A stretch of 64,000 bases of DNA from Opitutales bacterium (GTDB lineage: Bacteria > Verrucomicrobiota > Verrucomicrobiia > Opitutales > Coraliomargaritaceae). The position numbers and the translations under genes are program-made. Under the pieces are notes generated by a model, which saw only the letters and a program-made list of their open reading frames with translations, was not told where the DNA came from and searched no databases. Shown in pieces: positions 48,144 to 59,940 of the stretch. The stretch's first letter is position 1. Every line of letters starts with the position of its first letter. The stretch is from contig JBMYNR010000002.1 of assembly GCA_049598495.1 (NCBI GenBank), forward strand, positions 19,105 through 83,104. The letters run 5' to 3'.

Positions 48144-48791
48144 GTGCCGTCATCCATTCCAAATCACCCACTCTACGACATCGTTCGGACGCTTGCGAAC
48201 TGGTATTTCAGTTCTTTTTACGATTACACGCAGAGCGGCAGGGCCAACGTGCCTGAGACTGGGCCTGTTATCTTCGCAGCCAACCATGTGAGTTTTTACG
48301 ATCCTCCGGCGATTGGCGCCTGCCTGGATCGCCGGATCAATTATTTTGCCCGAGACACTCTGTTCAATGGCCTCTTCGGGAAAGGACTTACTGAAATCGG
48401 TACCATTCCCGTGGCCCGGGAAAATGCTGAGGTGAAATCCCTGAAGGCCATTTTTAAATCATTGAAGGCCGGAGGCGCGGTTGCGATTTATCCCGAAGGG
48501 ACCCGATCCCCATGTGGCCGACTAATGGAACCGAAGCCTGGCGCGGGAATGATTGCCTGTAAGTCGAAGGCGACCGTCATCCCAACCCGTCTCTTCGGGA
48601 CCTATGAAGTCTTCGGGCGCTCCGACAAGACGCCACGGATCGGAGGCAGAATCCACATCACCTACGACCGACCCATGTCCACCGAGGAAATTGACCCTGG
48701 GAAAGACCACCCCGATCGCTACCTTGAAGCCTCCCGCCGCATAATGGCACGCATTTCAGCGCTTGAACTGCCGCAAGAGGTACCGATTTAA
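48144..48791 (+). CDS. plsC: 1-acyl-sn-glycerol-3-phosphate acyltransferase
   Basis: 215 aa. HX4D motif ANHVSFYDPP; IYPEGTRS. Confidence 0.85.
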   Translation: MPSSIPNHPLYDIVRTLANWYFSSFYDYTQSGRANVPETGPVIFAANHVSFYDPPAIGACLDRRINYFARDTLFNGLFGKGLTEIGTIPVARENAEVKSLKAIFKSLKAGGAVAIYPEGTRSPCGRLMEPKPGAGMIACKSKATVIPTRLFGTYEVFGRSDKTPRIGGRIHITYDRPMSTEEIDPGKDHPDRYLEASRRIMARISALELPQEVPI

Positions 48792-48823
48792 ACCGTTAAT
48801 GGACGTGAATTAACGTGAATCAA
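48792..48823. repeat. left inverted repeat framing the GxxExxY pseudogene
   Basis: ACCGTTAATGGACGTGAATTAACGTGAATCAA. Its reverse complement matches 49189-49220 at 28 of 32 positions. Contains 10-nt sub-repeats ACGTGAAT(T/C)A. Confidence 0.75.
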
Positions 48824-49196
48824 AAGGATATTGATACTCTGATTTTTAAGCTCAACGGAGCTGCCATGGCCGTGCTCCATGAGTTGGGACACGGACTCCG
48901 CGAAAAAACTTATGAGCGCGCGCTATGCGTAGAGCTTGAACATCTTGATATCTCTTACAGCCAGCAAAGGGCCACCCCGTCGTCTATAGGGAAGTTAAAG
49001 TAGATGAATATATATCCCTGATCTAGAAATCGAAAACACACTCCTGCTAGATGCAAAAGTCGTCCCGAAAATCGGTGACAATGAACTTGGGCAGATGCTT
49101 AACTTCCTCAAAATCACGAAGCAATCCGTTGGCTTAATCCAGAACTTTAAACACCCAAAACTAGAATGGCGCGTCGTATATCCTCAAATTGATTAA
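48815..49196 (+). pseudogene. GxxExxY-family (PD-(D/E)XK-like) gene with at least two frameshifts
   Basis: Frame A gives ...HELGHGLREKTYERALCVELE.. up to a stop at 49001. Frame B gives GHPVVYREVKVDEYI. Frame C gives YIPDLEIENTLLLDAKVVPKIGDNELGQMLNFLKITKQSVGLIQNFKHPKLEWRVVYPQID-stop. Confidence 0.75.
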
Positions 49197-49220
49197 CGTT
49201 CATTAACGTTCATTAACGGT
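49189..49220. repeat. right inverted repeat framing the GxxExxY pseudogene
   Basis: TTGATTAACGTTCATTAACGTTCATTAACGGT, which is three 10-nt units (G/C)ATTAACG(T/G)T. Confidence 0.75.
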
Positions 49221-49238
49221 ATAAAAATCTCTCTCATC

Positions 49239-50435
49239 ATGTCTCAATCATCCGATCGCTACGCCCAGCGGGGCGTCTCATCCTCCAAATCCGAAGTCCA
49301 TGCCGTCGTCGACAATCTGGACCGCGGAGTCTTTCCCGGAGCCTTTTGCAAAATTGGCAGCGATATCCTCACGGGAAAGCCCGAAAAGTGTAATATCATT
49401 CATTCCGACGGCTCCGGGACAAAAAGCACCCTCGCCTACCTGCATTACCGCGAAACGGGTGACCCCAGCGCATTTCGTAAAACTGCCCAAGACAGCCTCG
49501 TCATGAACATTGACGACCTGCTCTGTGTTGGCGCGATCGATGGGATTCTCATCTCCAGCACCGTCAACCGCAACGCACGCGCGATTCCCGGCGAGGCACT
49601 CGGCCAGCTCATCGCCGGCACCGAGGATTTTCTCTCAACCCTTCGTGAGTATGGGGTCGGCGTGCACAGCGGCGGGGGCGAAACCGCCGATGTCGGCGAC
49701 TTGACCGGAACTGTGACTGTCGATTCCTGCGCCGTCGTCGTCATGGATCGCTCAGACGTTATCGATAACGCCAACATCAAGCCGGGCCTCGCCATCGTCG
49801 GACTGGCATCGTCGGGGCAGGCCAATTATGAAAGCTTCGAGAACTCCGGTATTGGCAGCAATGGTCTGACGAGCGCACGCCACGACCTACTAAGCCCTTA
49901 CTATTTAGAAAACTACCCGGAAACGGTCGATTCTAAGACCGATCCGCAGTATCTCTATTGCGGCCCCTACAAGATGAGCGATCCGCTTCCCGATTCAAAC
50001 ATGACGGTCGGCGACGCGCTCCTTAGCCCGACCCGCACCTACGCACCCGTCATAAAGAAGTTGCTCTCAGAAAACCGGGAGAGCATCTACGGAATGGTAC
50101 ACTGCTCAGGCGGAGGCCAGACCAAGTGTATCCGATTCGGCACGGGCGTGCATCACATCAAGGACAACTTTCTGCCTGTGCCCCCGATCTTTAAGGCCAT
50201 TCAGGAAGCCAGTGGCACCAGTGATGAAGAAATGTTCCGCGTCTATAACATGGGGCACCGAATGGAAATCTACTGTGACCCCGAAGCTGCGGCAGACATT
50301 ATCGCCCAGAGTGAGTCGTTCGGCATCCCCGCACAGATCATCGGCCGAACGGAAGCCAGCGATCGCGAGAACGGCGAAAACCACGTCACCATTCAACACG
50401 AAGGAAAGACGCTGGAATACAGCATCGATCACTAG
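49239..50435 (+). CDS. purM: AIR synthase family protein (phosphoribosylformylglycinamidine cyclo-ligase, long form)
   Basis: 398 aa. [30 protein letters not shown]. Confidence 0.7.
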   Translation: MSQSSDRYAQRGVSSSKSEVHAVVDNLDRGVFPGAFCKIGSDILTGKPEKCNIIHSDGSGTKSTLAYLHYRETGDPSAFRKTAQDSLVMNIDDLLCVGAIDGILISSTVNRNARAIPGEALGQLIAGTEDFLSTLREYGVGVHSGGGETADVGDLTGTVTVDSCAVVVMDRSDVIDNANIKPGLAIVGLASSGQANYESFENSGIGSNGLTSARHDLLSPYYLENYPETVDSKTDPQYLYCGPYKMSDPLPDSNMTVGDALLSPTRTYAPVIKKLLSENRESIYGMVHCSGGGQTKCIRFGTGVHHIKDNFLPVPPIFKAIQEASGTSDEEMFRVYNMGHRMEIYCDPEAAADIIAQSESFGIPAQIIGRTEASDRENGENHVTIQHEGKTLEYSIDH

Positions 50436-50567
50436 TTCACCGACGGCGGAGTTTCTTGTTCGACGGGCTCATCGACCTGTATCGGGTCCACAACATGAGA
50501 ACACACCTCCTTTTATTTCCGGACCTGGCCGCATCGCTTCTGCTTCCGCTGTCTTTGGCGATGAACC

Positions 50568-51083
50568 TTATTTCTTGGCCTTATTCTTCTTGCCGCGCTT
50601 CTTCTTTTTGCTCTTGAGCAGTTTCTTGACCTTCTTGCGCTGGTCTTCGCGAACGATGTAGCCGATACAATTATCGGAACCGCAGCGACAGGGGTGATCC
50701 ATGAAGTGCTCCATGTCATAACCGTAGTCGTAGACGAGCTCATCGCCCTTTTTGATATCCTTAATCGCGGTAATCCAGATCTCGCCCTCGCAGTTGACCG
50801 CCTCGCAGTTGCCATCGCATGAGTGGTTGATATAGCGGGCCGGATTATCGCCGAGCCGGCCATCGATATCATACTTATCGTCGAGCTCAAAAATATAGAC
50901 GAGGCCATCGCCTGTCTCGCGGGCCTTTTCTTCCCATTCGAGAGCACGTCGAGTCGACTCCTTTTTGGTAATCTTCTCGCCAACATATTGAATGATATCG
51001 GTGCCTTCTTCGATATCCTCCGTCGCATACAGGCCCCGTCCGTGGATGTCGGACACCCTAACCTCGCAAAGTTTCTTCGGCAT
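50568..51083 (-). CDS. SET-domain protein-lysine methyltransferase with Lys-rich C-terminal tail
   Basis: 171 aa. [33 protein letters not shown], post-[14 protein letters not shown], tail [23 protein letters not shown]. Confidence 0.85.
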   Translation of the reverse strand: MPKKLCEVRVSDIHGRGLYATEDIEEGTDIIQYVGEKITKKESTRRALEWEEKARETGDGLVYIFELDDKYDIDGRLGDNPARYINHSCDGNCEAVNCEGEIWITAIKDIKKGDELVYDYGYDMEHFMDHPCRCGSDNCIGYIVREDQRKKVKKLLKSKKKKRGKKNKAKK

Positions 51084-51104
51084 AAGTATCTGTTCGATTT
51101 GGTG

Positions 51105-52103
51105 CTATTCAGGTTTCAGATCCCGAGACATCAACTGCTGCATCGCAGCCATGGGTTCGAGGCCTTCGTAGAGGATGGCATGAATGACGCTGAGAATCGG
51201 AGCGTCCACATTTTTCTCGCGACAAATCCGGTAGAGGCAGTCACAAGCGCGGTAGCCTTCGATCACCGATTTCTGTCCCTCGACAATATGCAATGGGATT
51301 TCGCCCTGCCCCACGCGTTCGCCGAAGCTTCGGTTGCGACTCCAATCCCCCGAACAGGTCGCCACAAGATCACCAAAACCACTCAGCCCGAAATAGGTTT
51401 CCTTTTGCCCACCAAGGGATGCCCCAAGTCGGACTAATTCATGGAGGCTGCGCGTCAGTAAGGCCGCCTTGGCATTATCCCCGAGCTGCAATCCGTCACA
51501 AAGGCCCGACCCAATGGCATAAACATTTTTGAGCGTACCGCCCAACTCGGTGCCACGCACATCGTCGGTCAAATATACACGGAGCGCAGCATTGCTGAAC
51601 GCCTCCTGGTAGCGCTCGGCATCGGCGCAATCACTGCCCAAAGCAAGCGCGACTGCGGTTGGTTTGCCCGCAGCCACCTCCCCGGCAAAGGTCGGCCCGG
51701 AGAGTACGCCACAAGACATGCCCGGGAGTTCTTCGGAAAGAATTTCCGCCGGGGTCTTCAGGGTTTCAAGTTCGAGCCCCTTGCACATGATGAGACAAAG
51801 CTTGAGTTGCCACGCAGCGGCCAGGTGAGGCTTGATCGACTGACAGAGGGCGCGGAGCGCCTTGGAAGGACATGCCAGAAAGACAGCCTCGGCCTCCATC
51901 AGGACAGGTCCCAGTTCGCAGCCAACTTGGATGCGGTGCGGCAGCTTGAACCCGGGCAAATAGTCGGTATTCTCACGGGAAGATGCGATCGACAACGCGT
52001 GCTCCATACGGCGAGGGACCAGCGTAACGGAATGTCCACAGCGATCGAGGTGGAGCGCCATCGCCGTCCCCCAGGCGCCGGCCCCTAGAACACAAGCATT
52101 CAT
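51105..52103 (-). CDS. gpsA: NAD(P)H-dependent glycerol-3-phosphate dehydrogenase
   Basis: 332 aa. [15 protein letters not shown]; [11 protein letters not shown]-like [12 protein letters not shown]. Confidence 0.9.
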   Translation of the reverse strand: MNACVLGAGAWGTAMALHLDRCGHSVTLVPRRMEHALSIASSRENTDYLPGFKLPHRIQVGCELGPVLMEAEAVFLACPSKALRALCQSIKPHLAAAWQLKLCLIMCKGLELETLKTPAEILSEELPGMSCGVLSGPTFAGEVAAGKPTAVALALGSDCADAERYQEAFSNAALRVYLTDDVRGTELGGTLKNVYAIGSGLCDGLQLGDNAKAALLTRSLHELVRLGASLGGQKETYFGLSGFGDLVATCSGDWSRNRSFGERVGQGEIPLHIVEGQKSVIEGYRACDCLYRICREKNVDAPILSVIHAILYEGLEPMAAMQQLMSRDLKPE

Positions 52104-52876
52104 GAAGGGAACTTTCGTTTGCGGACATCCTCCGCGTAGTTCGCAAAGGCAGCGCGCGCCTCATTCCCGAGCCCTGCATACTCCCGGACAAAGGACGGCA
52201 CATAACCGGCATTCAGCCCGAGCAGGTCGTTGCTCACCAAAATCTGCCCGTCGCAGTGGGGCCCACTGCCGATTCCGATCAGGGGAACCTTGATCTTATT
52301 GGCAATGGAACCGGCGACCGTGCCGTCAATCAACTCGCAGAGCACGGCAAAGCAGCCCGCCTCCTCAAAGGCAAGAGCGTCATTCAATAACTGACTCTTT
52401 TCGGCATCATTGTGACCGAATTTCCGGTATCCACCCAGTTGATAATAATTCTGCGGGAGCAGGCCGATATGCGCAAGAACCGGGACCCCAGCTCTTACTA
52501 ATCGATCTACCTTCGGTGCCATATCGGCATCGCCCTCAATCTTCACCGCTTCGACGCCCCCCTCCTGCATCAATCGCCGACTCGCCTCGAGCAACTTACT
52601 AAACTCGTCGTGTGCGATGGCAAAAGGAACATCTGCCACGACCAACGCTTCTGGCTTTGCCCTCGTGACAGCCGCCGCGTGGTGCACCATCATGTCCAGC
52701 GTCACTGGCACAGTCGTCTTGAAGCCAAGCTGCGTCGTGCCAACAGAATCTCCCACCAAAATCAAGTCCACCCCGGCCTCGTCTGCATAGCGAGCCATCA
52801 CTGCATCATATGCTGTAACGGCAACGACTGGACGCTCTCCTTTAAGTAGAGAAATCGTTTGGGTTGTTATTTTCAT
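52100..52876 (-). CDS. panB: 3-methyl-2-oxobutanoate hydroxymethyltransferase
   Basis: Start taken at ATG 52876 ([24 protein letters not shown]...LILVGDSVG). The stop overlaps the gpsA start (ATGA). Confidence 0.9.
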   Translation of the reverse strand: MKITTQTISLLKGERPVVAVTAYDAVMARYADEAGVDLILVGDSVGTTQLGFKTTVPVTLDMMVHHAAAVTRAKPEALVVADVPFAIAHDEFSKLLEASRRLMQEGGVEAVKIEGDADMAPKVDRLVRAGVPVLAHIGLLPQNYYQLGGYRKFGHNDAEKSQLLNDALAFEEAGCFAVLCELIDGTVAGSIANKIKVPLIGIGSGPHCDGQILVSNDLLGLNAGYVPSFVREYAGLGNEARAAFANYAEDVRKRKFPS

Positions 52877-53080
52877 AATCCGAGAGATTACATTTGAAAA
52901 TGTAGACTCGATCGTGAATCTGGACACCAGAACATCGTTTGACAACTCTTTGTCTCTGACGGAAAAATGCTTCGCTTTATCTACCAATGGCGCCATCGCC
53001 GAGCGCACAAGACAGCCTCATTCGAGGTCCCTTCCGGACAGGATGGCAGCCGTACTCGCTGGGCGAGCCTAGCCAGCTAC

Positions 53081-53239
53081 ATGTCGCAGGCCTCGGTGCG
53101 TGGTCGTTCCTTCGATCCATTCGATCGCCCACAAAAACGCCGAAGAAATGTTGCCGCGCTCCTAGCCATGGCGGCATTCACACTACTGGCCTGGGTCGTG
53201 ACTGAAAGTATCTTTGCGCTCGAGCTTTTTCGGCACTAG
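53081..53239 (+). CDS. possible small tail-anchored membrane protein
   Basis: 52 aa from ATG 53081. Basic N-terminus then VAALLAMAAFTLLAWVVTESIFAL. Lies in an otherwise empty 400-nt gap. No homology recognised. Confidence 0.2.
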   Translation: MSQASVRGRSFDPFDRPQKRRRNVAALLAMAAFTLLAWVVTESIFALELFRH

Positions 53240-53276
53240 AGCACTCGCGGGGCTTGGAGCGGCCCACCGCCCCCAA

Positions 53277-54209
53277 TCAAGGCGCCAACTGCTCCATTAC
53301 CAATCTAAAGTCCTTGGGCAGGGATGCTTGAAAGCTCATTAGCTCTCCGGTCAGTGGGTGCTGTATTCGCAGTTCGGTGGAATGCAGCATCACTCTTGGG
53401 ATCGATATGCCCTTCAATCGGGATGCCTTAAAGCCGTAGGTGCTGTCGCCAAGAATCGGCACCTTAAGCGCGCTCATATGAACGCGTATCTGGTGCGTGC
53501 GACCGGTATGAATGATACAAGTGATCTGTGAAGCTCGCTCTCCATAGCGCTGTAGAACCTCCCAGTCGGTATGTGCCGGCTTACCATGGGCGACCACTGC
53601 CATGCGTGTACGAACGATCGGATGGCGTCCAATCGCCTCTTTGATTGTCCCTTTGCTTTGTATGGATGTCCCCAAAACAAGCGCCGTATAGCGCTTGTAG
53701 GTCTGCCGTTTGCTGAAAGCGCTCGCAAGCTTGTGATGTGCCGCATCGGTCTTCGCAACAATGATCAGCCCACTCGTTTCCTTGTCCAATCGATGAACAA
53801 TACCAGGACGATCTGGTGCACCAACTGAACTGAGCTTCTCGCCACAGTGGTGGAGCAGCGCGTGCACCAGAGTGTCATCGCCCGTTCCACTCCCAGGGTG
53901 CGTGATCATTCCCGCAGCCTTGTTAATGACGATGATGGACTCGTCTTCAAAGACCACATCGAGTGGAATATCAGTGGCGACGAGAGGCGCTTGCAAAGCG
54001 GGCCCCTCCAGAGCCGCACAGAGTCGCCCTGGCCGGCTGATCTTGAACCGCTTATCGATGACCACGCCGTCGAAACGAACCTTCCCCGCTTCGAACGCCT
54101 TTTGCAGGCGAACACGGCTCACGTCTTCAAATTGAGCGGCGAATATCTTGTCGGCGCGCCCGGGCTTCGTCCCTTCGGGAACTGTATATTCTATAATACG
54201 GTCCGGCAT
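53277..54209 (-). CDS. rluD: RluA-family 23S rRNA pseudouridine synthase (RluD-like, with S4 domain)
   Basis: 310 aa. [25 protein letters not shown]. Confidence 0.85.
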   Translation of the reverse strand: MPDRIIEYTVPEGTKPGRADKIFAAQFEDVSRVRLQKAFEAGKVRFDGVVIDKRFKISRPGRLCAALEGPALQAPLVATDIPLDVVFEDESIIVINKAAGMITHPGSGTGDDTLVHALLHHCGEKLSSVGAPDRPGIVHRLDKETSGLIIVAKTDAAHHKLASAFSKRQTYKRYTALVLGTSIQSKGTIKEAIGRHPIVRTRMAVVAHGKPAHTDWEVLQRYGERASQITCIIHTGRTHQIRVHMSALKVPILGDSTYGFKASRLKGISIPRVMLHSTELRIQHPLTGELMSFQASLPKDFRLVMEQLAP

Positions 54210-54329
54210 GATGAAATAGGTACGGCGCCTTCGACGAAAGCGCCGTTCGACTCACGGAAACGTATGACCATCCAAATCAATACAGCAATCCGATAAATGT
54301 CGGCGAACGGCTCTCTCGGCGAGAGCGCC

Positions 54330-55271
54330 CTACCCGAGAAAACCTCTGACGGCGGCACAGTCCCTCTCAATCTGCGCTTTCAGCACATCGACCGAATCGA
54401 ATTTTTGCTCGGGACGCATGAACTGCAACCACTCGACCTCGATCGCATCTCCGGCACCCAGCGTCGTCACTTCCAAACCATGGACTTCAAGCGCCGGGGC
54501 CTGCTCTGCCTCGGCAATGGTTGGCTTGACCCCATAATTAGCCACAGCGTCCTCCCATTCGGCAGCGCCAACTGCACGGAAACGAACGTAGTAGACTCCA
54601 AATTTCGGCAGGCACTCGGGTTGCCACGGCAAGTTGAGTGTCGGGAAGCCAATCTGACGGCCAAGTTGATCACCTGCCACCACTTCCCCCAGAGATCTGT
54701 AGTTATAGCCGAGCAGATCATTCACCTCTGCGATGTGGCCCAGCTTTAATTCGGCACGGATACGAGTACTGCTGATTGGCTCGCCATTGTGCTTAATGCG
54801 ATCTGCACTAAAAACCCCCAGGCCCAAGGCTTTGCCAGAGTTGATTAAGGTCGTCACATCCCCTGCTCGCTTCCTTCCGAAACGGAAGTTCTCTCCAACG
54901 TAGATGGATTTTAGCGCGGGCAGTTGCTCTTTGAGGTGAGATAGAAACTCCTCTGCAGGTATCGCCGCGAAGGCCGCGTCAAAATGCTTACAAATCACAC
55001 AGTCCACTCCAATATTATGGAGCATCTCTGACTTCGTCTTGATCGGCATGATCAATTGAGTGGGGTCCTCGGGGCGAAAGAGTCGACTTGGGTGTGGGTT
55101 AAAGGTCAACACACAGGAAACCCCAGCTGAGCGCCGTGCCGACAGGACCGCCGATTCTATGACCGCCTTGTGGCCGAGATGAACGCCATCAAAAACCCCG
55201 ATTGCCAAATGAAGCTCACCGCTAAGTCCGGTGAGTTGTCCAAAATCTTCGACAGTGACGGGGAAGTTCAT
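54330..55271 (-). CDS. ribF: bifunctional riboflavin kinase / FAD synthetase
   Basis: 313 aa. [14 protein letters not shown]; GFPTLNL; C-terminal kinase domain. Confidence 0.9.
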   Translation of the reverse strand: MNFPVTVEDFGQLTGLSGELHLAIGVFDGVHLGHKAVIESAVLSARRSAGVSCVLTFNPHPSRLFRPEDPTQLIMPIKTKSEMLHNIGVDCVICKHFDAAFAAIPAEEFLSHLKEQLPALKSIYVGENFRFGRKRAGDVTTLINSGKALGLGVFSADRIKHNGEPISSTRIRAELKLGHIAEVNDLLGYNYRSLGEVVAGDQLGRQIGFPTLNLPWQPECLPKFGVYYVRFRAVGAAEWEDAVANYGVKPTIAEAEQAPALEVHGLEVTTLGAGDAIEVEWLQFMRPEQKFDSVDVLKAQIERDCAAVRGFLG

Positions 55272-55277
55272 CTGAGC

Positions 55278-56006
55278 TTACAATGCATGGCTTGGCACGG
55301 CTTGCATGACCGGAATCAATCGCTTGCGCAGTGCCGAAGAAGACATCGCCTCTAGCTCATCCAACGTGGCGGCTTTTTCAACGCGAAATTGGCCAACACC
55401 CGTCCGACGCAGAACGTTCAGGTGACCCCCGCAGCCCAACTTCTCGCCAAGGTCATGGGCAATCGTCCGAACATAGGCACCTTTACTCGTGCCCACAGTA
55501 AAGGATATCTCCGGCGGAGAAAAGTCCGTGAGATCAAAGCGGCTGATATGAATCACCCGCGGCTCGCGCTCGACCGTCTTGCCCTGACGCGCCAGCTTGT
55601 AGAGTTTCTGGCCGTTAATTTTCTTGGCCGAAAACATTGGAGGCGTCTGATACTGGTCTCCGAGGAAGGTCTTCAACTCGGCCTTGACCCTGTCCTCTGC
55701 CAGCTCAGGCACCGGGCGCTCCTCGATAAGCTCGCCATCCGCATCCTGCGAATCAGTTATCTGCCCCAGTCGCACGGTGCCCGTGTACTCTTTACCGAGA
55801 CTTATCAAATACTGCGACACCTTGGTCGCCTTACCAATGAGAATCAACAAAAGGCCCGTCGCCATAGGATCCAGAGTGCCCGCATGTCCCACTTTCTTCA
55901 TGTGGTAGATGCGGCGTATCTTCGATACAACATCGTGCGAGGTAATTCCCTGTGGTTTATCAACAAGCAGAATGCCCTCGGGTGCGTCTTGGTTAGGTTG
56001 AGACAT
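55278..56006 (-). CDS. truB: tRNA pseudouridine(55) synthase
   Basis: Start taken at ATG 56006. [31 protein letters not shown]. Confidence 0.9.
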   Translation of the reverse strand: MSQPNQDAPEGILLVDKPQGITSHDVVSKIRRIYHMKKVGHAGTLDPMATGLLLILIGKATKVSQYLISLGKEYTGTVRLGQITDSQDADGELIEERPVPELAEDRVKAELKTFLGDQYQTPPMFSAKKINGQKLYKLARQGKTVEREPRVIHISRFDLTDFSPPEISFTVGTSKGAYVRTIAHDLGEKLGCGGHLNVLRRTGVGQFRVEKAATLDELEAMSSSALRKRLIPVMQAVPSHAL

Positions 56007-56114
56007 AATTAGAAAACTACCGCTGGGTGATCCGGCGAAACGAAAGTTTAGAGAGGTCGAGTTGCTAGGTGTAACGCGGCGGCGATCGTCGCTGGACAGA
56101 TCGCCAGGTGCTCC

Positions 56115-56144
56115 AAACACTGGCTATCGCCAGGGTTCTACGCT
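56115..56144. repeat. REP-like hairpin + CTAC (diverged family member)
   Basis: AACACTGGC-TATC-GCCAGGGTT then CTACGC, between truB and nrnA. Confidence 0.55.
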
Positions 56145-56160
56145 TTTGATGACGCGCGGT

Positions 56161-57159
56161 TTAATCGATGGTTTTCAGATGTTTGCCGATGGCTTCCATC
56201 AGCTTCGGATAAAATACCTCGATCGAGCTATCCTCAACATTCAATCCGGCGGCACAGGCATGGCCACCGCCGCCGAAATGCTTCGCGATTTGATCGACCC
56301 TATATTTGGGATCCTTGGCCCGCAGGCTACCCTTGAGCGCACCGGCGCGTTCCTCAATCAGAACCCCGATATCCACTCCGTCGATCGCCCGTGCATAGTC
56401 GACCAAGCCCTCGGAGTCTTCGATTGTGGCACCTGTCGACGCGTAAACGCCATCCTCGATCAGACCGACACAGATCCGGTTATCAAATTCCATAGTCAGG
56501 GAATCGAGAAAGGTCTGCAGGAGCTTAATCTTGGCGAAGCTCTCACGCTCATAGAGCTGGTAGGCCGCCTCCGCAGGGTTCGCGCCCAGCTCACAGAGCC
56601 GACGTGCAATCTCAAAGGTCTCTGGCGTCGTTGAGGGGAAGCGGAACTGCCCTGTATCCGTCGCAATACCCACATAGAGGGCCTGAGCAGTGACGGCATC
56701 CACCTCATAGCCATTGTCCAAATAAAAGCCGGCTAGAATCTCCGCCGTCGCACAGGCGCTACCGATAACTACATTCTCTTTGCCGTAGAGTTTATTGGAA
56801 ATATGGTGATCCACATTAAGTGCCACCTCGGGAAAGAGTGTGTTCAGTCGATCGCCAACACGTTTGAAATCAGCACAATCCACAGAGACTGCAAGATGCC
56901 CATCAGGCGTGAACTCCTCCGCGAGTGCCATCGGTGTATCTCCCACAAAGGCTTCCAGCGCAACCGGGATGGCGTCGCGGTTCAAGCCGATCGCTTCGAT
57001 TCCGAGGTTTTGCAACACACGCACCACCGCCACTGTTGAGCCGATGCAATCGCCGTCCGGGCGCTGATGCCCCAACACCGCCACCTTATGGCCTTTTAAA
57101 TTTTCGATGACCCGCGCAAAGCGAGGGCTCTCCTCAGGATAGAATTTATCGTCCGTCAT
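56161..57159 (-). CDS. nrnA: DHH/DHHA1 phosphoesterase (NrnA-like oligoribonuclease/pAp phosphatase)
   Basis: Start probably ATG 57159. [28 protein letters not shown]. Confidence 0.8.
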   Translation of the reverse strand: MTDDKFYPEESPRFARVIENLKGHKVAVLGHQRPDGDCIGSTVAVVRVLQNLGIEAIGLNRDAIPVALEAFVGDTPMALAEEFTPDGHLAVSVDCADFKRVGDRLNTLFPEVALNVDHHISNKLYGKENVVIGSACATAEILAGFYLDNGYEVDAVTAQALYVGIATDTGQFRFPSTTPETFEIARRLCELGANPAEAAYQLYERESFAKIKLLQTFLDSLTMEFDNRICVGLIEDGVYASTGATIEDSEGLVDYARAIDGVDIGVLIEERAGALKGSLRAKDPKYRVDQIAKHFGGGGHACAAGLNVEDSSIEVFYPKLMEAIGKHLKTID

Positions 57160-57499
57160 TTTCTTCGTGTTCAAGTTGGTCGAGTATATCGTTGATCCCC
57201 GCACCACGCTCTAGCGATGGATCGTAGATAAATTCGAAGCGTGGGAAATACTTAAGAATAACATGCTTACTAACCCGTTGGCGTAGATCCTTGCCGATCT
57301 TCCTGAAGAGTGCATTCGCCTCGGCAATTGATGCCTCTCCCCCAAGAACAGAAAAATAGATTCGCGCATGGCGCAGATCCGTCGAGCAATCGACATCACT
57401 GATCGTAATCGCCGCGGCATCCGCCCGGTAATAGCGGCGCATCTGCTCACTCACTTCGCGGCGGAGCAGTTCATTGATACGGGTAATTCGTTGGGACAT
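57146..57499 (-). CDS. rbfA: ribosome-binding factor A
   Basis: 117 aa. [33 protein letters not shown]. Confidence 0.9.
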   Translation of the reverse strand: MSQRITRINELLRREVSEQMRRYYRADAAAITISDVDCSTDLRHARIYFSVLGGEASIAEANALFRKIGKDLRQRVSKHVILKYFPRFEFIYDPSLERGAGINDILDQLEHEENDGR

Positions 57500-57527
57500 A
57501 GCAAGTGGGATAGGACCTCATGCGGGG

Positions 57528-57558
57528 CTCACACTGGCTATCGCCAGCGTGCTACAGA
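57528..57558. repeat. REP-like hairpin + CTACAG
   Basis: CTCACACTGGC-TATC-GCCAGCGTG then CTACAGA, between infB and rbfA. Same family as 33437 and 33483. Confidence 0.65.
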
Positions 57559-57568
57559 TGTGGAAAAC

Positions 57569-59884
57569 CTAAAGGGAAGCGCGCTGCTCTTCGACCGAGA
57601 AACACTCGATCGTATCGCCCTCTTCATAGTCATCGTAGCCTTCTACATTAATACCGCACTCGTAGCCCGCGCGAACTTCCTTCACGTCGTCCTTAAAGCG
57701 TTTGAGGGTATCGACCTTGCTCTCATGAAGCAACTCACCCCCGCGCATGAGACGTGCGATACAATTGCGCTGGATCGCGCCTTCTGTGACCATACAACCA
57801 GCCACATTGCGGCCCTTGCCGATGGAGAATACCTGACGGATTTCGGCCGCACCGATCTTCTTCTCGGTGTATTCGGCGTCCAAGAGATCGGCCATGGCAT
57901 CTTCTACCTGATTAATGAGCTCGTAGATAATCTCGTGCTGGATGATCCGGATATCATGATGCTTCGCCAGGCTCTGCACACCGTTGTCGAGCTTCACATT
58001 AAACCCAACAATGGTTGCGCCACCAGCGCTGGCCAGGGTGACATCGTTCTTCGTGATGTGCCCCACCCCCTTGCTGATAACATCCAGATCCACCTTTTCG
58101 CTGTCAATTGCCTGAAGGGCGTTGACGAGCGCTTCCGTGGAGCCGTGCACATCCGACTTAACGATCACGCGCAGGCATTTCTTCTGTTGGTGCTCAATCG
58201 CAGCAAATAGATCTTCCACCGTGGTAGCACCACCGCCCGTTCCTTGCTCGCCGGAGGCACTGGCATCCTCAAGCTTGCGCTTCTGCATCGCATCCTCAGC
58301 CGCACGTTTGGCCGCTTTTTCATTCTTCTCTGTGGAAAATTTGGCCCCCGAGGCAGGCACATCCGACCAACCGGTCACCTTCACGGGTGTCGCGGGCGGT
58401 GCTGATTTCAGCATCTTTCCATCGGCATCGGTCATTGTTTTGACCCGGCAATATACCTCGCCACAAAGCAGCGTATCGCCCTTTTTCAGGGTGCCGCGCT
58501 CAACAATGACAGAGGCAGTCGCTCCACGACCCTGTTCCACTTGAGCCTCAATAATCGTGCCCGCAGGCGGGCATTTTGGATTCGCCTTGAGCTCAAGCAC
58601 TTCGGCCTGCAGCAAGATCATGTCAAGAAGGTCGTCGATATTGGTTCCATTGAGCGCAGAGACTTCCACTGCGATCGTTTCCCCCCCCCAATCTTCAGGC
58701 GCGATCCCTTTCTCCTGCATCTGTTGCTTCACGCGGTCCACGTTCGCTCCCTTCGCATCGATCTTGTTGATCGCCACAATAATTGCGTTGTTTGCCTCTT
58801 TGGCAAACTTCAGGGCTTCTTCCGTCTGAGGCTTAAATGCATCGTCGGCCGCAATCACGAGAATAGAAACATCGGTCACATTGGCGCCGCGCTCCCGCAT
58901 CATTGAGAAAGCCGCATGGCCAGGTGTATCAATAAAGGAAATCTTCTCGCCCTTGTGCTCAATTTGGTAGGCGCCGATATGCTGAGTAATGCCGCCGGCT
59001 TCACCCTCCACCACGTTTGCCTTACGAATGGTATCGAGCAAGGTCGTCTTGCCGTGATCCACGTGGCCAAGGATACAGACAACCGGAGGACGTGGCTCGA
59101 GGAACCTCGGGTCATCATCGTCGGGTTTCTCCTCCTTCTTCGGCTTGCTTTGTTCGGCCTGCTCACCGCGGTGGTGGATTTCCAACTCACAGCCATGGCG
59201 GGCAGCGAGCTGTGTTGCAACACTCTCCTCGATCGTTTGGTTCATCGAGGCGAAGATGCCCATCTCCATCAGTTCGGAGATCAGTTTGAAAGGTTTCAGG
59301 CCGATTTCACCAGCAAAGTCACGCACAACGATCGGTGGCTTGACGTGAATCTTCTTTAGCTCCCCTGTTTCGGGAGCGGATTCACCACTCTCGCCTTCGT
59401 CGGTGGCAGCGACCGCTTCGGAAGCCTCGGGCTTCGGAGGACTTGCGGGTTGCGGCGGCTTAGGCGGACCACCTGCGGGCGGCGCAGGCGGTGAAGGCGG
59501 CTTGGGCGGGCTCGCCGGAGTCGGTGGCGCGACCGATGCTTCGGGCTCGGGTGTTTTTGCTACCTCCCGTTCTGCGCCGGACTTTTCTGCCTCGGCAGCC
59601 GCCGCTTTTTCTTCACGTTCGCGCTCGATATCGGCAGCCGACTTCACAAAGACCCCCTCCGGCAATTTCGGTGCGACGGGCTCTGCTGGCGCCTCTTCTT
59701 GAGCAACAGGCTCTTCGGGAGCGGGCGCCTGAGAGGCAAACTCTTCACGTAGCGCCTCCGCGGAAATGTTGTCAACCGTGCTGGAAGCGCTCTTCACCTC
59801 GTAGCCGCGACTTTTAAGCAGCTCGATGAGCTCCTTATTCTCCATTCCGATTTCTTTGGAAAGCTGGTGTATGCGAACACTCAT
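57569..59884 (-). CDS. infB: translation initiation factor IF-2
   Basis: 771 aa. Pro-rich linker, G-domain [23 protein letters not shown]. Confidence 0.97.
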   Translation of the reverse strand: MSVRIHQLSKEIGMENKELIELLKSRGYEVKSASSTVDNISAEALREEFASQAPAPEEPVAQEEAPAEPVAPKLPEGVFVKSAADIEREREEKAAAAEAEKSGAEREVAKTPEPEASVAPPTPASPPKPPSPPAPPAGGPPKPPQPASPPKPEASEAVAATDEGESGESAPETGELKKIHVKPPIVVRDFAGEIGLKPFKLISELMEMGIFASMNQTIEESVATQLAARHGCELEIHHRGEQAEQSKPKKEEKPDDDDPRFLEPRPPVVCILGHVDHGKTTLLDTIRKANVVEGEAGGITQHIGAYQIEHKGEKISFIDTPGHAAFSMMRERGANVTDVSILVIAADDAFKPQTEEALKFAKEANNAIIVAINKIDAKGANVDRVKQQMQEKGIAPEDWGGETIAVEVSALNGTNIDDLLDMILLQAEVLELKANPKCPPAGTIIEAQVEQGRGATASVIVERGTLKKGDTLLCGEVYCRVKTMTDADGKMLKSAPPATPVKVTGWSDVPASGAKFSTEKNEKAAKRAAEDAMQKRKLEDASASGEQGTGGGATTVEDLFAAIEHQQKKCLRVIVKSDVHGSTEALVNALQAIDSEKVDLDVISKGVGHITKNDVTLASAGGATIVGFNVKLDNGVQSLAKHHDIRIIQHEIIYELINQVEDAMADLLDAEYTEKKIGAAEIRQVFSIGKGRNVAGCMVTEGAIQRNCIARLMRGGELLHESKVDTLKRFKDDVKEVRAGYECGINVEGYDDYEEGDTIECFSVEEQRASL

Positions 59885-59940
59885 GGACGGGTCTTTTCTC
59901 TAAGTCTTGGTTGCTGGATGGGACGAGGGCTGCGCGGGGA

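Noticed and set aside
57368-58210. 280-aa plus-strand ORF
   Set aside because: It is antisense to rbfA and infB.
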